A DNA stretch of 64,000 nucleotides from Alphaproteobacteria bacterium (GCA_044432975.1 JAWXUC010000004.1:30291-94290), one strand, 5' to 3'; counted from the first letter of the stretch, positions 16,476-26,158 are shown. Numbers and translations are program-made. Notes: generated from the sequence alone by a model not told the origin.

Positions 16476-18884
16476 ATGGAGAATAAAATGGTAGAGATTG
16501 ATGATAGATATAATCATAAGGCGATAGAGCAAAAGTGGCAAAAATATTTTGAAGATAACAAAACTTTTAAGGTGGAGTTAGATACATCTAAACCTAAATA
16601 TTATTGTTTGGTGGAGTTTCCGTTCCCATCTGGGGCTGGGTTGCACGTGGGGCATCCTCGTTCTTATACTGCACTTGATGTTATTGCTCGTAAAAAACGT
16701 ATGCAAGGTTTTAATGTGCTTTACCCAATGGGTTTTGATAGTTTTGGTTTGCCTGCAGAAAATTATGCAATTAAGACTGGTACTCACCCTGCAATTTCTA
16801 CAAAAGCAAATATTGAGAACTATAAACGTCAATTAAAAATGCTTGGTTTTTCTTTTGACTGGGACAGATGTGTTTCTACTTGTGACCCTGAATATTATGT
16901 GTGGACACAAAAAATGTTCTTGAAATTTTTAGAAAAAGGTTTGGCATATAAAAAGAAACAATCTATTAACTGGTGTACTTCTTGCAAAACTGGTTTGGCA
17001 AATGAAGAAATTGTTGGCGGAAAATGTGAACGTTGTGGCGGCGATGTTGTGCAAAAAGAAAAAACACAATGGATGTTGGCTATCACAAAATATGCAGACA
17101 GACTTATTGACGATTTAGAAACAGTAAACTTTTTAGACAGAGTAAAATCTGGTCAAACAAACTGGATTGGCAGATCTGAAGGTGCTGAATTAGATTTCAA
17201 ATTTGGCGATAATAAATTGACTGTGTTTACAACTCGTCCTGATACTGCGTTTGGTGTTACATATATGGTTCTTGCTCCAGAGCATCCTTTTGTTAAAGAA
17301 ATGAATTTTGAGAATCGCGGGGAAATTGATGCTTATGTTGAAGCTACAAGACACAAAACAGATTTAGAGCGTTCTATGGACACTAGCAAGACTGGTGTTG
17401 AATTAAAAGGTATTAAGGCAATAAATCCTTTTAATGGTGCAGAGATTCCAGTATTTATTTCTGATTATGTATTAATGGGTTATGGTACTGGTGCAATTAT
17501 GGCTGTACCTGCTCATGATCAACGCGACTGGGATTTTGCTAAAGCATTTAATTTGCCAATTATTCCTGTTTTGGCTGGTGGCGATATTGAAGAAAAAGCT
17601 CATGAAGAAGAGGGCGAACATATCAACTCTGATTTCTTAAATGGAATGATGAAAGAGGAAGCTATGACTAAGGCAACTGAGTTTGCAAAGGCTAACGGAT
17701 TTGGTCATACAAAAATAAATTACAAATTACGTGATTGGGTATTTTCTCGTCAACGTTATTGGGGAGAGCCTATTCCTGTGGTTCATTGTGATGATTGCGG
17801 AATCGTGCCATTACCAGAAGGTCAATTACCATTAAATCTTCCTGAAGTTACAGATTATTTGCCAAATGATGAAGGTGAATCTCCACTTTCTAAAGCAACA
17901 GACTGGGTAAATACTGTTTGTCCTAAATGTGGAAAACCAGCAAAACGCGAAACAGACACAATGCCAGGTTGGGCAGGGTCTTCTTGGTATTTCTTGCGTT
18001 ATATTGATCCACACAACAAAGATACATTTGCTTCTAAAGAAGCTCAAGATTATTGGATGAATGTTGACTTGTATAATGGCGGAATGGAACACGTTACACT
18101 TCACTTGTTGTACTCTCGTTTTTGGCATAAATTCTTGTATGATTGCGGAATGGTTACAACATCAGAGCCATATCAACGCCGTGTTGCTCATGGAATGATT
18201 TTGGGTGAAGATGGCGAAAAAATGTCTAAATCTCGTGGTAATGTTATTAACCCAGATGAAATTGTTGATACTTATGGTGCAGACGCATTCCGTTTGTATG
18301 AAATGTTTATTGGTCCGTTTGATCAAGTTGCTCCATGGTCTGATGAAAGTTTAAACGGTGTGTTCCGCTTTATTGCTAAAATTTGGGCAATGCACAGCAA
18401 GGTTGCAGATATTGAGCCAAGCAAAGATGATTTACACCAAATGCACAAAACAATTTTAGATGTTGTTGATAGAATAGATTTAATGAAATTTAACACAGCC
18501 GTTTCTAGCTTGATGACATTTGTTAATTATTTGGGTGGATTAAAAGAAGTTCCAAAAGTTTGTTTTGAAACTTTGGTTAAAATGCTTTCTCCATTTGCTC
18601 CACACGTAAGTGAAGAATTATGGCAAAAATTGGGACACACAGGTCTTGTTTGTCAAGCAGAGTTCCCTGTTGGAGATAAATCTTTAGCAACATCTGATAG
18701 CGTTACAATCGCTGTTCAAATCTGTGGCAAAATGCGTGGCACTGTTGAAGCTCCTGTTGATGCAGATGAAGAAACTGTTAAAGCATTAGCATTTGCATTA
18801 GATAACGTTAAAGCACAGACGGAAGGCAAAGAGATTAGGCGAATTATTTATGTTAAGAATAAAATTCTTAATGTGATAGTTTAA
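16476..18884 (+). CDS. leuS: Leucyl-tRNA synthetase
   Basis: HVGHPRSYT (HIGH) and KMSKSRGN (KMSKS) motifs and the CP1 editing region. Confidence 0.97.
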   Translation: MENKMVEIDDRYNHKAIEQKWQKYFEDNKTFKVELDTSKPKYYCLVEFPFPSGAGLHVGHPRSYTALDVIARKKRMQGFNVLYPMGFDSFGLPAENYAIKTGTHPAISTKANIENYKRQLKMLGFSFDWDRCVSTCDPEYYVWTQKMFLKFLEKGLAYKKKQSINWCTSCKTGLANEEIVGGKCERCGGDVVQKEKTQWMLAITKYADRLIDDLETVNFLDRVKSGQTNWIGRSEGAELDFKFGDNKLTVFTTRPDTAFGVTYMVLAPEHPFVKEMNFENRGEIDAYVEATRHKTDLERSMDTSKTGVELKGIKAINPFNGAEIPVFISDYVLMGYGTGAIMAVPAHDQRDWDFAKAFNLPIIPVLAGGDIEEKAHEEEGEHINSDFLNGMMKEEAMTKATEFAKANGFGHTKINYKLRDWVFSRQRYWGEPIPVVHCDDCGIVPLPEGQLPLNLPEVTDYLPNDEGESPLSKATDWVNTVCPKCGKPAKRETDTMPGWAGSSWYFLRYIDPHNKDTFASKEAQDYWMNVDLYNGGMEHVTLHLLYSRFWHKFLYDCGMVTTSEPYQRRVAHGMILGEDGEKMSKSRGNVINPDEIVDTYGADAFRLYEMFIGPFDQVAPWSDESLNGVFRFIAKIWAMHSKVADIEPSKDDLHQMHKTILDVVDRIDLMKFNTAVSSLMTFVNYLGGLKEVPKVCFETLVKMLSPFAPHVSEELWQKLGHTGLVCQAEFPVGDKSLATSDSVTIAVQICGKMRGTVEAPVDADEETVKALAFALDNVKAQTEGKEIRRIIYVKNKILNVIV

Positions 18885-19378
18885 TGGAAAGAAAATTAAA
18901 TAGGTTACAAAATTTTGACTATGCAACAAGCGTGGGGTATTTTATTACGATTTGTACGCAAGATAAAAAATGTTTGTTGAGTCAAATTGTAGGGACAGGG
19001 CTCTGCTCTGTCCAACATTTGCCAATAGGTAAATGTTTAGAAACTGAAATGCAAAATTTAGAAAATAAATATAATTTGAAGTTTGAAAAATATGTTATAA
19101 TGCCAAATCATATTCATATGATTGTAAGGCTTTGTAAAAGCCTTAGGACAGAGCAGAGCCCTGTCCCTACAATTTCTGATATAATTTGTGAGCTAAAATC
19201 TAAAGTAACAAAGCTTGCAAATAAAGAAGAGGGCATTGTTGGTAGAAAAATTTTTCAACGTTCTTTTTATGATAGAATAATACGTGATGATGAGTATCAG
19301 CCAATTGCTCAATATATCTTAGAAAATCCATATAATTGGCAAAAAGATGAATATTATAAAGGAGAAAAAAATGCTTGA
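18884..19378 (+). CDS. REP-associated tyrosine transposase (RAYT, IS200-like Y1 HUH family)
   Basis: FITICT.., HUH motif PNHIHMIV, C-terminal FQRSFYDRIIR..ENP. The start overlaps the leuS stop (TAATG). Confidence 0.85.
   Translation: MERKLNRLQNFDYATSVGYFITICTQDKKCLLSQIVGTGLCSVQHLPIGKCLETEMQNLENKYNLKFEKYVIMPNHIHMIVRLCKSLRTEQSPVPTISDIICELKSKVTKLANKEEGIVGRKIFQRSFYDRIIRDDEYQPIAQYILENPYNWQKDEYYKGEKNA
18986..19013 (+). repeat. REP arm embedded in the RAYT coding sequence
   Basis: ATTGTAGGGACAGGGCTCTGCTCTGTCC; its perfect reverse complement lies at 19146-19173. Confidence 0.9.
19146..19173 (-). repeat. Inverted REP arm embedded in the RAYT coding sequence
   Basis: GGACAGAGCAGAGCCCTGTCCCTACAAT, a 28/28 complement of 18986-19013. 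Confidence 0.9.
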
Positions 19379-19952
19379 TTTAGGAATTGTTGAATTTAAG
19401 AAATTTCATCTTTCTGAAAAAATAGTTGGAGATAAAATAACATTATTAAGAAGACGTTCTGAACACAATGAAGAGCTTTTTAATTTAATTAACAATTCAA
19501 GAGATACTTTAGGGCGTTTTTTGTTTTGGGTTGAAGATACAAAAAATGTTGAAGATGTTGCGCAGGTTACAGAAATTTTTAGTAAAAACTGGGATGAACA
19601 AAACTCTTTTGAATATGTTTTTATTGAAAATGAAACAAATAAAATAGTTGGTGCTGGCGGTATTCATACGGTTTCATATATGAATAGATGGGCTGAATAT
19701 GGTTATTATTTTGATGATAGCGCAACAGGAAAAGGTTATGCTACTCAAGCAGTTGCTTTACTTGAAGAAGAACTTTTTTCAAAAGGAATTCATCGTTTGG
19801 TAATAGAGTGTGATGTTGAGAATATTGCATCTGCAAAAGTTGCTGAAAAAAATGGGTTTGAGTTAGAAGCTATTTTAAAAGATGCTAAGTTTGCTTTTGG
19901 AAAATATCATTCACAAAAATATTATGTTAAATTTAATTCTAAAGAAAATTAA
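19371..19952 (+). CDS. GNAT-family N-acetyltransferase (RimJ/RimL-like)
   Basis: Acetyl-CoA motif region ..TGKGYATQAV..; ATG at 19371 follows an AGGAGA RBS. Confidence 0.8.
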   Translation: MLDLGIVEFKKFHLSEKIVGDKITLLRRRSEHNEELFNLINNSRDTLGRFLFWVEDTKNVEDVAQVTEIFSKNWDEQNSFEYVFIENETNKIVGAGGIHTVSYMNRWAEYGYYFDDSATGKGYATQAVALLEEELFSKGIHRLVIECDVENIASAKVAEKNGFELEAILKDAKFAFGKYHSQKYYVKFNSKEN

Positions 19953-19966
19953 ATTAAGGAGGAAGT

Positions 19967-20587
19967 GTGAAAACGGCAATTATAATGGCGGCTCCTCAAG
20001 AGTTTGGAATTAAAGATAAGCAAGTTAAGCAAACTGAAGTTAATGGTTTGCCAATTTTCTTTTCTAGCGTGGGTAAGGCTAATGCTTCTTTTTGTTTAGG
20101 AAAACTTATTGCGCAAGGTTATGATAATATCATAAATATTGGTACAGTGGCGGGCTTTGGTTTAAATCAAGGTGATGTGGTTGTTCCTAAAACATTTATT
20201 GAATGGGATTTTGATTTATCTGCAATGGGAATACCTAAAGGGCAAGTTTGGAATGCTAAAAGCAAATATATTGAATCTAAATCTATGTTTAACTTTAATG
20301 CTTTTAAGACTGCAGATTGCAAGCATTTGGCAACAGCAGATTGTTTTGTTGATGATTGGCAAAAAGTTTTTGAGGTTGATAAAGACGTAAATTTAATAGA
20401 TATGGAATCTGCACCAATGGCTAGAATTTGCTTGGAAAATAACGTGAATTTTGCAGCAATTAAAGTGGTTTCAGATAATGCAAATGGAGACAGTAAACTT
20501 GCTTGGTATGAATTTGTTGATGGGCAGGGTAAAGATATTATTAAGACAATTGTTAATAAGTTAGCGATAGATTTTGCAGGAGCGTAA
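19967..20587 (+). CDS. Nucleoside phosphorylase-fold protein, MTA/SAH nucleosidase-like
   Basis: GTG start after AGGAGG. SSVGKANAS.., INIGTVAG and DMESAPMA..VVSDNA align with MtnN motifs. Confidence 0.7.
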   Translation: MKTAIIMAAPQEFGIKDKQVKQTEVNGLPIFFSSVGKANASFCLGKLIAQGYDNIINIGTVAGFGLNQGDVVVPKTFIEWDFDLSAMGIPKGQVWNAKSKYIESKSMFNFNAFKTADCKHLATADCFVDDWQKVFEVDKDVNLIDMESAPMARICLENNVNFAAIKVVSDNANGDSKLAWYEFVDGQGKDIIKTIVNKLAIDFAGA

Positions 20588-20845
20588 GTTAAATAGGTTG
20601 CAAAATTTGGGTGATTTATGCCTAACGGCGGGACGCCGAGGGCGACGTCTCCTACAATTAGTGATTTAATTGGAACGTTAAAAAGATTTACAAATAAAAA
20701 AGTAGGGTTTAATATTTTCCAACGTTCTTTTTATTATAGAATAATATGTGATGATGAGTGTTTGCCAATTGCTCAATATATTTTAGAAAACCCATATCAT
20801 TGGCATAAAGATGAATATTACAAAGGAGATAAAAATGAGTTATAA
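20588..20845 (+). pseudogene. Internally deleted RAYT remnant
   Basis: Retains the N-terminal LNRLQN codons (GTTAAATAGGTTGCAAAATTT), then jumps to the C-terminal third (SPTISD..FQRSFYYRII..ENPYHWHKDEYYKG). The HUH motif is absent. Confidence 0.8.
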
Positions 20846-21338
20846 AGATAAAATTGAGACTATTGAAAACTTTCCTATTGAGGGGATTAGTTTTAAGGAT
20901 TTAACACCTATTTTTAATGATTATGATGCTTTTAATGCAATGATTGATGATATGGCAGAGCATTATAAAAGCCAAAAGATTGATTATGTGTTTGGAATTG
21001 AGGCTCGTGGTTTTATTTTGGGTGCGGCATTGGCTCTTAAGCTTGGTTGTGGTTTTGTGCCTGTTAGAAAAAAAGGAAAGCTTCCAGGTAAAGTGGTTTC
21101 TGCAACTTATCAAAAAGAATACGGAACAGACACACTTGAGATTCAAGATAAAGAATATAAAGGTAATTCTATTATTATTGATGATGTGTTGGCAACTGGT
21201 GGAACAGCGGTTGCAACTTATAATTTGGTTAAAGAAAAAACAAACGTTGTTGAAATGATGTTTGCTTCAGAAATTAAATTTTTAGAAGGAGCAAAAGTTT
21301 TAGGTGAGATTCCATTTTATAGCTTGATTGAATTATAA
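20835..21338 (+). CDS. apt: Adenine phosphoribosyltransferase
   Basis: FPIEGISFKD.., PRPP motif IIIDDVLATGGT; ATG at 20835 follows AGGAGA. Confidence 0.95.
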   Translation: MSYKDKIETIENFPIEGISFKDLTPIFNDYDAFNAMIDDMAEHYKSQKIDYVFGIEARGFILGAALALKLGCGFVPVRKKGKLPGKVVSATYQKEYGTDTLEIQDKEYKGNSIIIDDVLATGGTAVATYNLVKEKTNVVEMMFASEIKFLEGAKVLGEIPFYSLIEL

Positions 21339-21358
21339 AATTATTTTATGATGCTTTT

Positions 21359-22867
21359 ATGATAGAAAAAATGTTAAAATATAATAAAAGTTATTCTTTT
21401 GTTTTGGGAGCTTTAAGTGTATTGGCTTTTAGTCCATATTATCTGATTCCTTTTGCTTTTGTTGCTTTTGGACTATGGTTTTGTTTGCTTAATAAAGCCT
21501 TTAGTAAAAAGCAAGCCTTTTTGACAGGATATTGGTTTGGTTTTGGGCATTTTGCATTTGGGTTTTCTTGGATTGGAAATGCTTTGTTAATTGATCCTAT
21601 GCAGACAGGGTGGTTATATCCTATTTGCTTTTTGGCTTCTGGCGCTTTTTTTGGTTTGTTTTTTGGTTTTCCGTCTTTAATTGCTTTTTGTTATAAAAAT
21701 GTTTATAGTAGATTTTTTATATTTATAACATCTATAGTATTTTTTGAGTGGGTGCGCTCTTGGATATTTACAGGGTTTCCGTGGAATCCGATTGGCTCTG
21801 TTTTTGGCTCTTATACTGTGCTTATGCAATTATCATCAATTGGTGGAATTTTCTTCTTAACTATGATTGCGCTTTATATATTAACTTTGCCAACCTTATA
21901 TTTAATAACTAAAAATAATAAAATTATTTATGCTTTGTTTTTATTAATAGCTTTAGTTTTAAGTTTTGGTTTTTATAAAGTCTCTCAATATCAATACAAT
22001 TTATCAGATGTGAAAGTTAGGCTTGTGCAGCCAGCAATTCCACAAATAATGAAGTGGAATAAAGAAATTTTAGAGAATAACTTTAATAAATATATTGATA
22101 TGAGTGCTAAAGATAATGATGGGGTTAATTTAACCATTTGGGGAGAGACCGCAACTCCGTTTGCTCTTGAATTTGAGCCTTTTTATAGAAAACAAATAAC
22201 CAAAGCTGTGCCTAAAGATGGGTATTTAATTACAGGTTTGCTTAGATATGAATTTGAAAAAGATGGATCTTATCAGCCTCTTAATTCTATGGCTGTGATT
22301 AATGAAGTTGGTGGTTTTGTTAATCATTATGACAAGTCTCATTTGGTGCCGTTTGGTGAATATATTCCTTTGAGAAAACATTTGCCAGAGTTTATAAAGC
22401 CTGTAACCAATATTATTGGTGAATTAAAAAAAGGAGAAGGTGCTAAAACTATAAAGTTGAATAATATTCCTTCTTTTGCAGCCTCTATTTGTTATGAGAT
22501 ATTGTTCCCAGCGTCTAATGTAAATAGACAAATAAAACCAGATTTTTTAATTAATTTAACTAATGATGGTTGGTATGGAAAATCTTCTGGACCTTATCAG
22601 CATCTTTTGGTATCTCAATTTAGGGCTGTTGAAGAGGGTTTGACCGTAATAAGGGTTGCAAATACTGGAATTTCTGCTATAATATCTCCTATAGGGGAGA
22701 TTATATCTCAGATAAATTTAGATGAAGAAGGTGTTTTGGATGTTTATTTGCCAAAGCAAATAAGAATTAAAACAATTTATTCTTTTGTACAAAATTATTT
22801 TGTTTTGATATTAATGTTATTAATATTTATACTTGTAACTATAAAGGAAAAAAGAAATGGAAAATGA
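21359..22867 (+). CDS. lnt: Apolipoprotein N-acyltransferase
   Basis: Multi-TM N-terminus plus a CN-hydrolase domain (WGETA.., ICYE, NDGWY). Confidence 0.9.
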   Translation: MIEKMLKYNKSYSFVLGALSVLAFSPYYLIPFAFVAFGLWFCLLNKAFSKKQAFLTGYWFGFGHFAFGFSWIGNALLIDPMQTGWLYPICFLASGAFFGLFFGFPSLIAFCYKNVYSRFFIFITSIVFFEWVRSWIFTGFPWNPIGSVFGSYTVLMQLSSIGGIFFLTMIALYILTLPTLYLITKNNKIIYALFLLIALVLSFGFYKVSQYQYNLSDVKVRLVQPAIPQIMKWNKEILENNFNKYIDMSAKDNDGVNLTIWGETATPFALEFEPFYRKQITKAVPKDGYLITGLLRYEFEKDGSYQPLNSMAVINEVGGFVNHYDKSHLVPFGEYIPLRKHLPEFIKPVTNIIGELKKGEGAKTIKLNNIPSFAASICYEILFPASNVNRQIKPDFLINLTNDGWYGKSSGPYQHLLVSQFRAVEEGLTVIRVANTGISAIISPIGEIISQINLDEEGVLDVYLPKQIRIKTIYSFVQNYFVLILMLLIFILVTIKEKRNGK

Positions 22868-23288
22868 TATGACTAATCTTGCAAAACTAGATGCCGAAGA
22901 AAGACTTGCTTTTATTAGAGTTTTAGCAGGTATTGCGAATGCCGATAATCATTTAGATGATGAAGAAAAAGAATTTATTCAAAACATTGCAATTGTTTAT
23001 GGTCTTAGTGAGAATACAATTTTACAGTCTTTGTTTAATACATCTGAGGAAGAAATTTTAGAAGCTGCAAAACAAATAACATTAAGATCAACAAAGTTAG
23101 AGCTTGTTAAAGAAATGTGTATGGTTGCTCATGCAAATAAAGTTTTAGAAGAAGCTGAAATGATTTTGCTTGGTAAAGTTGCAGAAGCAATGGGTGTTGA
23201 ATTAGAAAAAGTTGAACAAATTAGCCAATGGGTTGTTGATAGAATTATTTGGCTTGAAGAAGGAAAGCTTATTTTTGAGGAGGTTTAA
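22857..23288 (+). CDS. TerB-like (tellurite-resistance TerB family) domain protein
   Basis: LAGIANADNHLDDEEKEFI pattern. Confidence 0.45.
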   Translation: MENDMTNLAKLDAEERLAFIRVLAGIANADNHLDDEEKEFIQNIAIVYGLSENTILQSLFNTSEEEILEAAKQITLRSTKLELVKEMCMVAHANKVLEEAEMILLGKVAEAMGVELEKVEQISQWVVDRIIWLEEGKLIFEEV

Positions 23289-23290
23289 TT

Positions 23291-24181
23291 ATGAATCAAA
23301 ATGATTTAGCGCATAAAATTAGAGAATTACAAGGGGTTTCTCTTAAAGTTAAAGATTTAACTGGAATGGCAAAGGGATCTCAGACCTCTAGAGAAGCTAT
23401 TATTAAATATGCTTTAGAGCAGAATTCAAATTATAAAGGTCATGATTTGGATGATTTAGCGAAAGCTTTAATGCATAGAAATGATTTTTTAGTTCAGATT
23501 GGGGATAAAAAAGTTACGGCTAAAGAGATTAGAGAAGATGTTGTTGAGCGTATTCAAAATCCAATTAACATTGAGGCTAATGGTAAGTGGTTTGATCAAG
23601 GCAAAGAAATTATAATGAACATGAATGATGGAGATATTACTGCTGATGATATTGCAAAAAGAGGTGCTTTTCTTGAAGATATTGGAAGTCGACAAACAGA
23701 ACTTTATGCTTTGTTGAGTTTATATCAAACTAGTACGCTTCCTGCGGCAAAAGCCGCTGTTGCTAAAATTCAAGCTCGTTTGGCAAAACTTGAAAAGGTA
23801 GAAAAAGTTGTTTTGAAGGCAACAAGAAGGCCTGAGCAAGCATTGAACAATCAAAATGTTGAAGAAGATGAAGAAGCAAAAGCTAGAATATATTGTGGCG
23901 TGTTAGATTATATGAGAGATGGTAAGAGTGTTCCTGATAACATGAAAGTTAAGTTAGAACTTAATGATGGTGTTGATTTTGCTTATTCTTTGGCAGAACA
24001 AATTAGAATGAGAGGCCCTGTTGGGGATAAAAAACAAGTTTTAGATAGGATAAATCAACTTAGGGGTAGACAACAAGTTAAAGTTGTGGCAAAAATGGAT
24101 AAGAAAGATTTTCATTTTGATAAGGATGCTTATCGTAAGATGATGATGCAAAAAGCCGTATTAGAAAAACAAAGAATGTAA
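23291..24181 (+). CDS. Hypothetical protein (296 aa)
   Basis: Long ORF tightly packed after the TerB-like gene; no recognisable domain. Confidence 0.5.
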   Translation: MNQNDLAHKIRELQGVSLKVKDLTGMAKGSQTSREAIIKYALEQNSNYKGHDLDDLAKALMHRNDFLVQIGDKKVTAKEIREDVVERIQNPINIEANGKWFDQGKEIIMNMNDGDITADDIAKRGAFLEDIGSRQTELYALLSLYQTSTLPAAKAAVAKIQARLAKLEKVEKVVLKATRRPEQALNNQNVEEDEEAKARIYCGVLDYMRDGKSVPDNMKVKLELNDGVDFAYSLAEQIRMRGPVGDKKQVLDRINQLRGRQQVKVVAKMDKKDFHFDKDAYRKMMMQKAVLEKQRM

Positions 24182-24194
24182 GGAGATTAAAATT

Positions 24195-24494
24195 ATGGGT
24201 GCTGTTTTAGAACCATTTGTATATATTATTGGGTTGTTGGTTAGTATTTATTTTAAAGTTGTTGTTGTTGAAGTTGTGTTACATTGGTTGATTCACTTCA
24301 AAATATTAGAAGCTAATAATAAATACTCTCAAAAGGTTATGGAGATTTTAAGTAAAATTACGAATCCTGTTTATGAAAAAATTAGGGCAAAAGTTCCTGC
24401 TTATGCTGGGTTTGATTTTTCTCCATTTATTTTGTTATTAGTTCTTATTTTTGTATCTCGTTTGTTGATGAGAATCAGTGAACTTTTGGTATAA
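24195..24494 (+). CDS. yggT: YggT-family membrane protein
   Basis: Size, two TM helices, ITNPVYEKIR..P..GFDFSP pattern. Confidence 0.75.
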   Translation: MGAVLEPFVYIIGLLVSIYFKVVVVEVVLHWLIHFKILEANNKYSQKVMEILSKITNPVYEKIRAKVPAYAGFDFSPFILLLVLIFVSRLLMRISELLV

Positions 24495-24762
24495 AAATAA
24501 AAACGGTAATGTTGTTTTAAGAGTTAGGATTGCTCCTAACTCTTCTTGTTTGCGTATAATAGAAATTAATGATGATTATATTAAAATAGGGGTTTGTTCT
24601 GTTCCTGAAAAAGGAAAAGCTAATGGTGAACTTATTAAGTTTTTATCAAAAAAATTAAAGTTGCCAAAGAAAAATTTTTCTATTATAAAAGGGCTATTAG
24701 ATAAAAATAAACAAATAGAAATTTTGGATTTAGAGAATATGGAGGCCTTGTATGATTATTGA
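24478..24762 (+). CDS. DUF167 (YggU-like) protein
   Basis: VPEKGKANGELIKFLSKKLKLPK motif; conserved yggT-yggU adjacency. Confidence 0.75.
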   Translation: MNFWYKNKNGNVVLRVRIAPNSSCLRIIEINDDYIKIGVCSVPEKGKANGELIKFLSKKLKLPKKNFSIIKGLLDKNKQIEILDLENMEALYDY

Positions 24763-25540
24763 TGGTAAACAAATTGCAAAAGATGTGGAATTAAACATTA
24801 AAGAAGTCATTGAAACTAATGATATTTGTTTGGGGTTGGCCATAATATTAATTGGCGATGATGAAGCTAGTCATATTTATGTTAATAATAAACTTAAGAT
24901 GGCACAAAGAATAGGAATTAATTGTGAAGTTATAAAGTTTGAGGAAGATGTTTCTGACTTTGAACTTATATCTCAGATAGAAGCCTTAAATGAAGATAAC
25001 GCAATTAATGGTGTTATTGTTCAGCTTCCTATTCCTAAACATTTGGATGAGAATAAAATTTTATCGTTAATATCTCCTCAAAAAGATGTTGATGGTTTTA
25101 ATCCTCTTTCAAAATTTATGCCTGCAACTGCGATTGGGGTTGTTAAAATTTTAGAAACAGTTATAGATGATTTTGCGGGGCTTAATGCGGTGGTTATTGG
25201 GCGCTCTAAAATTGTTGGAAAGCCGGTTGCAGAACTGTTATTAAGCAAAAACTGCACGGTTACTCAATGCCATAGACATACAAAGGATTTGTCTTTGTAT
25301 ACAAAGAACGCAGATATTGTTGTTGTGGCAACAGGAGTGCCTAATTTGTTGACTAAAGATATGGTTAAGCAAGATTGTATTATTGTTGATGTTGGTATAA
25401 ATAGAGTTGATGGAAAGTTGTGTGGAGATAGTGATTTTGTAAATTTAAAAGATTATGTAAAAGCTATTACTCCTGTTCCTGGTGGCGTTGGACCAATGAC
25501 GGTTGCGTGTTTAATGGATAATGTTTTAAATGGGGTTTAA
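24752..25540 (+). CDS. folD: Bifunctional methylenetetrahydrofolate dehydrogenase/cyclohydrolase
   Basis: GVIVQLPIP, VIGRSKIVGKP, PVPGGVGPMT motifs. Confidence 0.95.
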   Translation: MIIDGKQIAKDVELNIKEVIETNDICLGLAIILIGDDEASHIYVNNKLKMAQRIGINCEVIKFEEDVSDFELISQIEALNEDNAINGVIVQLPIPKHLDENKILSLISPQKDVDGFNPLSKFMPATAIGVVKILETVIDDFAGLNAVVIGRSKIVGKPVAELLLSKNCTVTQCHRHTKDLSLYTKNADIVVVATGVPNLLTKDMVKQDCIIVDVGINRVDGKLCGDSDFVNLKDYVKAITPVPGGVGPMTVACLMDNVLNGV

Positions 25541-26119
25541 ATGATTAAAAAAATATATGACTATACATTAGATTTGTCTTCTAAAGAAAAAGCTATGTGG
25601 TTTTTGTTTGCGATTTCTTTTGTTGAAAGTTCTTTTTTTCCGATTCCACCTGATATTATGATTATTCCTATGGTTTTGGCAACTCCTCAAAAAGCATACA
25701 GAATTGCTTTAGTTGCAACTATTGCGAGTGTATTAGGCGGCTTTTTAGGTTATGGAATAGGGGCATTATTGTATGAAACAGTGGCAAAACCAATTTTAGA
25801 TTTTTATGGATATTTAGAAAAGTTTGATGGCTTTAAGGAAATGTATCATCAATATGGTGCTTGGATTGTTTTTGGAGCAGGAGTTACACCTTTTCCATAT
25901 AAGGTCATTACGATTGCAAGTGGTGTTGTTGGATTAAATTTAGTTGTGTTTGGCTTAGCTTCTGTTGTTGCTAGAGGTTTGCGTTTTTATTTGGTAGCAT
26001 GGCTGTTGAAAAAATATGGAGCGCCAATGAAAATATTTATTGAGAAAAATTTAAATATATTAGCAACTTTGTTTTTTATATTACTTGTAGGTGGTTTTTA
26101 TCTTATTAAGTTTATATAA
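25541..26119 (+). CDS. YqaA/DedA-like membrane protein
   Basis: FVESSFFPIPPD motif; multi-TM. Confidence 0.8.
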   Translation: MIKKIYDYTLDLSSKEKAMWFLFAISFVESSFFPIPPDIMIIPMVLATPQKAYRIALVATIASVLGGFLGYGIGALLYETVAKPILDFYGYLEKFDGFKEMYHQYGAWIVFGAGVTPFPYKVITIASGVVGLNLVVFGLASVVARGLRFYLVAWLLKKYGAPMKIFIEKNLNILATLFFILLVGGFYLIKFI

Positions 26120-26158
26120 TCGTTAAAGTTTTTGGATTATTTAAAAGGTATGAAAAAT

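Noticed and set aside
16578-18128. Several 60-100 aa antisense ORFs inside leuS; similar ones occur inside topA, gyrB, eno, spoT and the ribosomal genes
   Set aside because: They are shadow ORFs opposite strongly supported conserved genes, with no RBS or independent evidence.
20618-20845. 75-aa ORF as a functional gene
   Set aside because: It is only the C-terminal third of a RAYT, lacks the HUH motif and follows a fragment of the RAYT N-terminus out of context. It is called a pseudogene.
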